Assembly: GCA_963555815.3 (NCBI GenBank)
Contig: CAUVWX020000002.1
Coordinates: 64,001 to 128,000, forward strand
Length of the DNA: 64,000 nt
Reading direction: 5' to 3'
Source of the DNA: a bacterium
GTDB lineage: Bacteria; UBA8248; JACPRG01; G963555815
The notes beneath the pieces were generated by a model. It saw nothing but the letters and a program-made list of their open reading frames with translations, had not been told where the DNA came from and did not search any database. Made by a program: the position numbers and the translations under genes. Shown here piece by piece: positions 1-7,308 of this stretch. Every line of letters begins with the position of its first letter. Within the stretch, counting starts at the first letter, position 1.

Positions 1-543
1 ACGGGCGAGGACAATGCCTCTGGCGATCTGCCGAGCGTAGCGCTCCTCACCGTAGGTGCGCAGGATATCAGTCAGTTCTTCCGCCGAAAGGTCCCGCACC
101 AGGTCCTCTGCTTTCCTCTCCTGGCGCTGGTCCATGCGCATGTCCAGAGGGCCGGGACGCCTAAAGCTGAACCCCCGCTTTCCATCCTCTACAAGAGGGG
201 ACGATAGGCCGAGGTCGAAGAGGATTCCCTGCACGGAAGGGACCCCGGCCTCCGCGAGAAGCTGCGTCAGGGCGGAGAAGTTCCCCCGGATGAGGGTCAC
301 CTGTTGACGGAAAGGGTCTAAACGTTTTAGGGCTGCCGAGATCGCCTGCCCGTCGCAGTCAAACCCGATGAGCCGAATGCCTGACCCTCCAGCCTGCAAC
401 AGGGCCTCCGCGTGGCCCCCGTAGCCGACCGTGGCGTCCACGAGGACGCCCCCTCGGCCGGGCTCCAGGAGGCGGCATACCTGCTCTAGCAGGGCAGGGC
501 GGTGATCCTCACCATGGCCCTCAAAGCGCTCCCCGGAAGACAT
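1..543 (-). CDS. rsmH: 16S rRNA (cytosine1402-N4)-methyltransferase RsmH/MraW, partial (runs off the window edge)
   Basis: Manual translation MSSGERFEGHGEDHRPALLEQVCRLLEPGRGGVLVDATVGYGGHAEALL... with DLGLSS further on; GGAGGAG RBS at 553-559; downstream of mraZ. In-frame upstream ATGs at 564 and 609 are alternative starts. Absent from the ORF track. Confidence 0.93.
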   Translation of the reverse strand, partial: MSSGERFEGHGEDHRPALLEQVCRLLEPGRGGVLVDATVGYGGHAEALLQAGGSGIRLIGFDCDGQAISAALKRLDPFRQQVTLIRGNFSALTQLLAEAGVPSVQGILFDLGLSSPLVEDGKRGFSFRRPGPLDMRMDQRQERKAEDLVRDLSAEELTDILRTYGEERYARQIARGIVLAR

Positions 544-647
544 CAGGGGGGGCTCCTCCAGCATTGGATCTAGAGTGGCTTGTGCGCTGTTATGCTGAAG
601 AGTATTCATCCCTCTCGATCCTTCGTCGAGAGCGCGTGCGCCCGGGT

Positions 648-809
648 CTAAAAGGCCGGCACAACGCTGTTCAAGAAGGTTGGGAGACGACCTCCCAATA
701 TGTTCAACGCAACGATGGCGCCCAGTGCCACGACTGAAATGAGGAAAACGTACTCCACCAGCCCCTGGCCCTCATCATTCCTCAACCACCCTGAAATTCT
801 TCTCCACAT
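648..809 (-). CDS. flp: Flp family (type IVb/IVc) pilin, 53 aa
   Basis: Manual translation MWRRISGWLRNDEG/QGLVEYVFLISVVALGAIVALNILGGRLPTFLNSVVPAF*: prepilin cleavage Gly, E+5/Y+6 Flp motif, hydrophobic helix; AGGAGG RBS at 823-828. Below the ORF-track size cutoff. Confidence 0.88.
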   Translation of the reverse strand: MWRRISGWLRNDEGQGLVEYVFLISVVALGAIVALNILGGRLPTFLNSVVPAF

Positions 810-836
810 CTCTTCTCTTCCCCCTCCTGAAAGGAG

Positions 837-1274
837 TTAAAACCCTATCCCTGAGGATTCGGCGATATCTTCGAGCCTTCCCCGAGAGGCCTCCAAGGTC
901 TTTTGCCACCGTCCTTTGCTCCAGACCTCTATCTTGTTCCCGACCCCGACCACGACGACCTCCTTCTCCAGCCCGGCCTCGCGCCTGAGAACCTCGGGGA
1001 TGAGGATTCGACCCTGACGGTCCAGGGGGCAGTCCGCCGCGTTGGCATAGAAGACCCTCACAAAGGTCCTGACATCCCTACGGCTGGTTGGAAGTTCCCG
1101 CGCCTTTCGCTCCACTTCGTGCCACTCGTCAAGGGGATAGGCGACGATGCAGCCGTCAAATAGGGTGAGGACGAGCTGCGTGAGGGAACGGCCGTTCAAG
1201 ACGTCACGGAATTTAGAAGGGATACTGAGCCTTCCCTTGGGGTCGAGGGTAAGCTCGTATTTGCCCAAAAACAT
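837..1274 (-). CDS. mraZ: Division/cell wall cluster transcriptional repressor MraZ
   Basis: MFLGKYELTLDPKGRLSIP and LDRQGRILIP give the two DxxGR motifs; start moved from 1349 to the ATG at 1274. Confidence 0.97.
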   Translation of the reverse strand: MFLGKYELTLDPKGRLSIPSKFRDVLNGRSLTQLVLTLFDGCIVAYPLDEWHEVERKARELPTSRRDVRTFVRVFYANAADCPLDRQGRILIPEVLRREAGLEKEVVVVGVGNKIEVWSKGRWQKTLEASRGRLEDIAESSGIGF

Positions 1275-1284
1275 GGAGAATACC

Positions 1285-1320
1285 TCCACTCCTTCCCACT
1301 TTGGCCCATTTTTCACCCAA
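1285..1320 (-). promoter_or_regulatory. MraZ operator (dcw boxes)
   Basis: Minus strand reads TTGGG-TGAAAA-ATGGG-CCAAA-GTGGG-AAGGA-GTGGA, i.e. TGGG repeats at ~10 bp period just upstream of mraZ. Confidence 0.85.
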
Positions 1321-1349
1321 ATTATTGACTCCTCTCCTACCCTTGTCAA
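1321..1349 (-). promoter_or_regulatory. Sigma70-type promoter of the dcw operon
   Basis: Minus strand TTGACA-N17-AATAAT, directly abutting the MraZ boxes. Confidence 0.8.
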
Positions 1350-1539
1350 GGGAAATTATTGAAAATCTTGCCTGTGGCACTTTGCCGCGAATTTCTCAAG
1401 AAGGGGGGGGGGCTGCCGAATATCCTTGGGGATTCCCGTTCATCCAAAAGAATCCCGTCCCTCGCGATTTTTCACCAGAGAGGGCGCTTTTGAGCTTATT
1501 GGGCCATATCAGGGAAAATCAGTTGGTGCGAAGGGCTTC

Positions 1540-2274
1540 TTATCCCACCGAGGTCAGAAGAACGAGGGTTTCTCCCATTTCCGCAATCGCTCCGTACGTA
1601 GCCCGCGTGAGGCCGCCAAGGCTTCGCTTGAAATAGGCCCGGGCGGCCGCGCTCCCGGCCCAGAGGATGAGGAGCAGGATAAGGCCGCGCAGGCCAAGGG
1701 CAAGTCCCCCCACGAGGACAGAGATGACCGTGGCGATGGCCAGGCCTCCCCCTTTCAGCTGCCCCACAAAGCCCAGCTCTCCGCTGGGCGCCAGGTAGGG
1801 CTCCTTGTAGCTGAGATAGGTTGTTGTCCAGCGGGAGAGGGCAGCAGCGGTGATGAGGGTTGCCGGCCCGGCCCCTGAGGGAATATTGGAGAGGGCGATG
1901 ACCTTGATGAGGAGAAGGCCGAGAAGGCTGAGGGCCCCGATGGTCCCCAGGTGGCTTTCACCCATGAGCCGGAGGCGCTCCTGCGGCGTTCGCCCGATGA
2001 GGAGGCCCTCCAGGACGTTGGCCAGGCCCTCGGCTTGGGCGGCTCGGGTGAAGATGAGAAGGGAAAGGGCGGCGATTACGCCAAAGAGGGCTGGAGAGAA
2101 GAGCGCGGTAAAGATGCCTCCGGTGATTGCCGCCGCCGCTCCAACGAGGATCCCCACCAGCGGAAAGTAGGCCGCCCCCGCGGCAAGAGGCGCCCCCCTT
2201 TTCCCTCCTCCCGGCCAGAGGGTCATGAAGCGAAGGGCAGAGAGGAACCTTCTCCAGTCGCGCAGGAAGTCCAT
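1540..2274 (-). CDS. cobS: CobS-like membrane protein (adenosylcobinamide-GDP ribazoletransferase homolog, degenerate motifs)
   Basis: ALRFMT and YFPLVG motifs plus CobS topology; AAGGAGGGG RBS before ATG 2274; conserved acidic motifs are altered. Confidence 0.75.
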   Translation of the reverse strand: MDFLRDWRRFLSALRFMTLWPGGGKRGAPLAAGAAYFPLVGILVGAAAAITGGIFTALFSPALFGVIAALSLLIFTRAAQAEGLANVLEGLLIGRTPQERLRLMGESHLGTIGALSLLGLLLIKVIALSNIPSGAGPATLITAAALSRWTTTYLSYKEPYLAPSGELGFVGQLKGGGLAIATVISVLVGGLALGLRGLILLLILWAGSAAARAYFKRSLGGLTRATYGAIAEMGETLVLLTSVG

Positions 2275-2444
2275 TGAGTTCCCCTCCTTGGCAGAGATCA
2301 TCCTGAATCAGATAAACTTGTCATTCTTATCATCTGGCAGAAGAGCGAGTCAATTTTATATCAGAGGTGCTCGCTTTGCGACGTAGCCCCGGATTGAGAA
2401 GGAGGCGCGGGTTTTAGGCGAAGCGGGCTGCCCAGACCGGGCTC

Positions 2445-3278
2445 TCACTCGTAGCAATGCTCATCGGTCGGGAAAGTTCCCTCGGTGACTTCCCGAACGT
2501 ACTGGGTGACGGCGGCCTTCACCTGCTCCCCAAGAGGGGCATAGGCCTTTGTGAATTTGGGCGCCAGCTCATCGTAGAGACCCAGGAGGTCCTGAAGGAC
2601 CAAGATTTGTCCGTCGCAGTGGGGACCGGCCCCGATCCCGATGGTGGGGATGTGGACCGCCTCGGTGATGTGGACCGCCAAGGCCGCCGGGATGGCCTCC
2701 AGGATGAGGGAAAAGGCGCCTGCTTCGGCAACGGCCCGGGCGTCTTCCAGCACCTGCTCGGCTTCCTGACCGCGGCCCTGCACATGAAACCCCCCCAGAT
2801 GGTGGACGGCCTGAGGATTGAGGCCCACGTGACCCATCACCGGGATATTGGCCTGCACGAGGGTCCGCACCGTGTCCCCGACGTCGACGCCCCCCTCCAG
2901 CTTGACCGCCTCGGCCCCGCCCCACTGGAGCAGCCGACCGGCATTATCCAGCGCTCGTTCCGGGGCACCGTGATAAGAAAGAAAGGGCATGTCGGCCACC
3001 AGGAGGGCCCGAGGCTTCGCCCGGGAAACCGCAGCCGTGTGGTGGAGCATATCCGCCATGGTCACGCCGATGGTGTTGGGGAGCCCCATCATCACCATCC
3101 CCAGGGAGTCCCCGACCAGGATGATGTCCACCCCGGCGGCGTCCACGAGACGGGCGAAGGTGTAATCGTAGGCCGTGATGGCGGCAATTTTTCGGGCCCC
3201 ATCTTCTGCGGCCTTTTTCCCCGCGTGGGGCTTTCGGGCTCGAATGTCAGTCGTTGTCACCTTGGCCCGCTCTGCCAT
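2445..3278 (-). CDS. panB: 3-methyl-2-oxobutanoate hydroxymethyltransferase
   Basis: ITAYD, LVGDSLG, VKLEGG, GHVGLNPQ and IGIGAG...DGQILV motifs. Confidence 0.97.
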   Translation of the reverse strand: MAERAKVTTTDIRARKPHAGKKAAEDGARKIAAITAYDYTFARLVDAAGVDIILVGDSLGMVMMGLPNTIGVTMADMLHHTAAVSRAKPRALLVADMPFLSYHGAPERALDNAGRLLQWGGAEAVKLEGGVDVGDTVRTLVQANIPVMGHVGLNPQAVHHLGGFHVQGRGQEAEQVLEDARAVAEAGAFSLILEAIPAALAVHITEAVHIPTIGIGAGPHCDGQILVLQDLLGLYDELAPKFTKAYAPLGEQVKAAVTQYVREVTEGTFPTDEHCYE

Positions 3279-3287
3279 CACTCCTCC

Positions 3288-3321
3288 AAAAAAAACCCCC
3301 AGGACAAAGCCCGGGGGGTTC
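3288..3321 (-). terminator. Intrinsic terminator/attenuator in the panB leader
   Basis: Minus strand AACCCCCCGGG-CTTTG-TCCTGGGGG followed by T8, immediately before the panB RBS. Confidence 0.8.
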
Positions 3322-3351
3322 TAGAAGACAAGCACTCTTCGTAGGCTCTAC

Positions 3352-3383
3352 CCCGTCTCGGTCCCTTGAGGATCCAAGCGGCT
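3352..3383 (-). ncRNA. pan RNA motif-like cis-regulatory hairpin
   Basis: Minus strand GCCGCTTGGATCC-TCAAG-GGACCGAGACGG bulged hairpin upstream of panB and a terminator; recognised from memory of the pan motif. Confidence 0.7.
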
Positions 3384-3494
3384 GTTTAAAAAATAGCGCG
3401 CTCTCCTTCCCGCTGTTAATCCAGAAACTCCCCCGCGTGTTTCACATGTAAAAAGGAAAACCCGGACAAGAGAAGAAGAGGTTTGGCCAGCCCC

Positions 3495-5048
3495 TCATTT
3501 TCTGGGGGCGGTCGGCTTGAGTGGGCGCCAGGCGGCCACCAGCTCCGTGAGCATCCTCACCCCGACGCCAGAGGCCCCCTTCGGGGTATACGGAAGGTCG
3601 GTGTCCCGCCAGGCGGGGCCCGCGATGTCCAGATGGGCCCAGGGGAACTCTTCGGCGAAGCGAGCGAGGAAGGCCGAGGCCGTGATGGCTCCTCCCCAGC
3701 GCCCCCCCGTATTCTTGATGTCTGCGATGTCACTCCTGATGAGGTCGAAATATTCGTCCCACAAAGGGAGTTGCCACACCCGGTCTCCGGTCTTCTCGGC
3801 GGCCTGGCGGACCCGATCGACGAGCCCTTCATGGTTTCCAAGGAGTCCGGAGCAGTCCTCGCCAAGGGCCACGACACAAGCGCCTGTGAGGGTCGCGAGG
3901 TCGATGACCGCCGCCGGCTTGAACCGCCTCGCATAGGTCAGCGCGTCACTAAGAATGAGCCTGCCCTCGGCGTCCGTGTTGTCGATCTCAATGGTGATCC
4001 CCGACATAGAGGTCACGACATCCCCCGGGCGGTTGGCCTTCCCACTCACCATGTTCTCGGTACAGGGAAGGAGGCCCACGACGCGGGTCGGCAGTTGAAG
4101 GCGCGAGATGGCCTGGAGGGCGCCCAGTACCGCCGCGGCCCCCGCCATGTCCATCTTCATGGTCCGCATGCCGCTTGAGGACTTGAGATCGAGGCCCCCG
4201 CTGTCAAAGGTGACCCCCTTTCCTATGAGGACGACAGGTGGGCCGGGGCGCCCCCGGCCGGGGTACTCGAGGACGATAAACTTGGCGGGAGCCGCGCTCG
4301 CTTGGGCGACGCTTAAGAGGGCCCCCATCTTGAGCGCTTGGATCTCCCGCGTCCCAAGGACTCGGCATCGCAACCTGTGCTTTCGGGTGAGCTTCTGGGC
4401 CTCTCGGGCGAGAAAGGCCGGCGTGTGGACGTTTCCCGGATGGGTGACCAGATCACGGGCGAAGTGGACCCCCTCGGCCAGAATTTCTCCCCGGCGGACA
4501 CCACGGCGAAGGGTCTCGGCCTCCTTTCGCTGTGGTGTCAGGAGGCTGACAGACTGGAGCTTCTGGGTGTTCTCCTTCTCTCGCCGCTTGTAGGCCTCCA
4601 TTCTGTAGAGACCCATCCTCGCCCCCTCGACCCAGGCCTGGGCCCGGGCCTCAGGAGTGGCCCCGGCGAGTGGGGGAAGCTCCACACAGAAGTTCTTCAG
4701 GGCCAGGTCTCGGACGGACTTGGCGGCGGCGGCGGCCGCCCCTCGAATGCCGTCGAGCGTGAACTTCTCCTCCTCTCCAAGACCCACCAGGAGAAGGCGC
4801 CTTGGCGTCACTCCTTTTGGGCGCTCGAGGAGGGGAATCAGACGGGTCTTTCGGAGTTCGGGTTTGAACTCCCCCGACGCCACCATTCGCCCAATGGCCC
4901 CTCTGAGGGCCTTGTCCGCCTCCCGGGCGGCCCCGCGAAGGGCCTTCTTGCCCTTGAAAACGCAGAGGACGGCCAACTCGCTCTTGGCCCCCATCAGGGG
5001 CCCTACGGAGACCCTTGTTTGCAAGCTTTCTGTTCTCCCAAAAAACAT
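3495..5048 (-). CDS. pepA: Leucyl aminopeptidase (M17)
   Basis: GKGVTFDSGG, MKMDMAG and NTDAEGRL signatures. Confidence 0.96.
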   Translation of the reverse strand: MFFGRTESLQTRVSVGPLMGAKSELAVLCVFKGKKALRGAAREADKALRGAIGRMVASGEFKPELRKTRLIPLLERPKGVTPRRLLLVGLGEEEKFTLDGIRGAAAAAAKSVRDLALKNFCVELPPLAGATPEARAQAWVEGARMGLYRMEAYKRREKENTQKLQSVSLLTPQRKEAETLRRGVRRGEILAEGVHFARDLVTHPGNVHTPAFLAREAQKLTRKHRLRCRVLGTREIQALKMGALLSVAQASAAPAKFIVLEYPGRGRPGPPVVLIGKGVTFDSGGLDLKSSSGMRTMKMDMAGAAAVLGALQAISRLQLPTRVVGLLPCTENMVSGKANRPGDVVTSMSGITIEIDNTDAEGRLILSDALTYARRFKPAAVIDLATLTGACVVALGEDCSGLLGNHEGLVDRVRQAAEKTGDRVWQLPLWDEYFDLIRSDIADIKNTGGRWGGAITASAFLARFAEEFPWAHLDIAGPAWRDTDLPYTPKGASGVGVRMLTELVAAWRPLKPTAPRK

Positions 5049-5120
5049 TCCACCTATGGGTTTAGGCGGATGAGATTAGACGGTCGAATCCTTCGCCACA
5101 GTCCCTGGCGCCCAGGGACA

Positions 5121-5696
5121 TTATTTCTGTCCCTTCCAGCGCGTGAAGAGCTCGTTCGGGATGCCGAGGGAGTCCAGCGTCTTTCCGACGACGTGGTTTA
5201 CCAGGTCATCGATGGTCTTCGGGGCGTGATAGAAGCCCGGGGCCGCCACGACAATGTGCACTCCTATCCGGGACAGGTTCAGCATGTGCTCCAGGTGGAT
5301 GGGGCTGAGCGGAGTCTCCCGGGGGACGAGGACGAGGCGGCGCTTGTCCTTCAGGATGACGTCAGCCGCGCGGCCAAGGAGGTTTGTGGCTGCGCCCGTC
5401 GCGATCATGCTGAGGGTTTTCATGGAACAGGGGACGATCACCATCTTGGTGAAGCAGGCCGAGCCGCTGGCAGGAGTTGCCCCACTGTCGGCGATGTCAT
5501 AGACGACGTCGGCGTATGTCTGAAGTTCCTTATAGCCGATGCCCACCTCATGCTGCAGGACCCGGATCCCGTCCTTGGTGCAGATGAGGTGGACTTCGAT
5601 GTCGCTGTCTTTGAGGGCCTGAAGGAGGCGAAGCCCGTAGACGGTTCCGCTTGCCCCCGAGATCCCGACGATGAGTCTCTCTCTCTGTTCGGCCAT
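5121..5696 (-). CDS. ubiX: Flavin prenyltransferase UbiX/Pad1
   Basis: GISGASG, PCSMKTL, RAADV and VPRETP motifs; start set at ATG 5696 (GAGGGA RBS). Confidence 0.95.
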   Translation of the reverse strand: MAEQRERLIVGISGASGTVYGLRLLQALKDSDIEVHLICTKDGIRVLQHEVGIGYKELQTYADVVYDIADSGATPASGSACFTKMVIVPCSMKTLSMIATGAATNLLGRAADVILKDKRRLVLVPRETPLSPIHLEHMLNLSRIGVHIVVAAPGFYHAPKTIDDLVNHVVGKTLDSLGIPNELFTRWKGQK

Positions 5697-5872
5697 GCCA
5701 TCCCTCATGTAGGAGAAAATGGAGTCTACCATAAAACCCGCAGGGGACATTTTACCCAAACAAGATTGCTGGAAGGAAGGTGTTCAATCAGGGCGGCGGG
5801 ATCTCCACGGTGAGTGTGAGCCAAAAACCCGGCCAAATTGAGAAAGGCCACCCGCGATGTTAGATTAGGCGC

Positions 5873-7261
5873 ATGCGAAAAGAACACGTCGCCGCCCTGA
5901 GACAAAAAATACCGGTCGAGAGGGTTCTCGCCGAGGTCGAGGAGCGGCTCGCCTACGCCAAGGACGGGACTCAGCGGGCTGAGGTCCTTCCGGACGTTGT
6001 TGTTCGCGCTCTCTCAGTCGAGGAAGTGGAGTTTGTCCTCTCCATCGCCGGGGAGGCGAAGATCCCAGTGACCCCGCGAGGGGCCGGAACCGGCACGACG
6101 GGAGGCGCCGTCCCCCTCTTGGGTGGGATCGTCCTCGATCTCTCGGGGATGAGACAGATTAAGGAGATCGACGAGGAGAACCTCATCGCCGTCGTCGAGC
6201 CCGGCGTTGTGACCGGCGAGTTTCAGGCCGCCGTTGAAGCCCGAGGTCTTTTTTATCCTCCGGACCCCGCCAGCAAGGACGTCTGCACCCTTGGGGGAAA
6301 TGCAGCCGAGTGCGCCGGGGGCCCTCGCGCGGTGAAATACGGTGTCACTAAGGACTACGTCATCGGTCTTGAGACGGTGACGCCCGCCTTCGGGCGGATA
6401 CGGACGGGCGTGCGGACGGCCAAGGGGGTGGTCGGCTATGACCTGACAAAGCTCCTCGTGGGTTCAGAGGGGACCTTGGGCGTCATCACGGAGCTCGTCC
6501 TTCGTCTCCTCCCTCAGCCCGAGGCGAGGGGGACTCTGATGGCCACTTTCCCGGATGTCGATCTGGCCTCAAAGTCGGTCTCCTCGATCATCGCCTCCAA
6601 GATCCTCCCCTCGAAGCTTGAGTTCCTGGACCGATCGGCCATCGGGGCCGCTGAGGATTACTTGGGGATCGGCCTGCCGGTCAATTCGGATGCCATGCTC
6701 CTCATCGAGGTGGATGGGCCGCAAGAGTCTATCCCTCGCCAGCTCGAGCGAATTGCCTCGCTTTGCCGGAAGATGGGGGCCGAGAAGGTCGCGGTGGCCC
6801 GGAACGAGGAGGAGGCAGAGGACCTCTGGAGGGCGCGACACTGCCTGTCCGCGGCCCTTATGAGGCTGAAGCCCACCAAGATCAACGAGGACATCACGGT
6901 CCCGCGCTCCCGGCTCCCCGAGATGATCCGCAAGCTTCGCGAAATCGGTGAGCGCTATCACCTCCTCATCGCCAACTTCGGCCACGCTGGAGACGGTAAC
7001 CTCCATGTGAATGTCCTGACGGATGAGCGAGACCGAGAGGGGCTGTCACGGGCCTTGGAGGCGGTGCGGGAGATTATGGTGGCGACGGTGGAGATGGGGG
7101 GAACCCTCTCGGGGGAACATGGAATCGGGATGACGAAGTCTGAATATCTTCGTTTGGAGCAGTCAGAAGATCTGATTGAGCTTCAGCGGCAGATCAAAGC
7201 TGTTTTTGACCCCCACCACATCTTAAACCCGGGCAAAATCTTCTGGCCTCCGAACCCCTGA
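5873..7261 (+). CDS. FAD-linked oxidase, GlcD/D-lactate dehydrogenase family
   Basis: PRGAGTG, YPPDPAS, GSEGTLG, GHAGDGNLH, SGEHGIG and LNPGK motifs. Confidence 0.92.
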   Translation: MRKEHVAALRQKIPVERVLAEVEERLAYAKDGTQRAEVLPDVVVRALSVEEVEFVLSIAGEAKIPVTPRGAGTGTTGGAVPLLGGIVLDLSGMRQIKEIDEENLIAVVEPGVVTGEFQAAVEARGLFYPPDPASKDVCTLGGNAAECAGGPRAVKYGVTKDYVIGLETVTPAFGRIRTGVRTAKGVVGYDLTKLLVGSEGTLGVITELVLRLLPQPEARGTLMATFPDVDLASKSVSSIIASKILPSKLEFLDRSAIGAAEDYLGIGLPVNSDAMLLIEVDGPQESIPRQLERIASLCRKMGAEKVAVARNEEEAEDLWRARHCLSAALMRLKPTKINEDITVPRSRLPEMIRKLREIGERYHLLIANFGHAGDGNLHVNVLTDERDREGLSRALEAVREIMVATVEMGGTLSGEHGIGMTKSEYLRLEQSEDLIELQRQIKAVFDPHHILNPGKIFWPPNP

Positions 7262-7308
7262 TTCCTCGGGGGAGTTGGGAAAAAGGGCTTGGCGGGCGGC
7301 CTGACGAT

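Noticed and set aside
2457..3344. 295-aa plus-strand ORF
   Set aside because: Antisense shadow of panB.
4338..5813. 491-aa plus-strand ORF
   Set aside because: Antisense shadow of pepA and ubiX; no motifs, typical of high-GC DNA.
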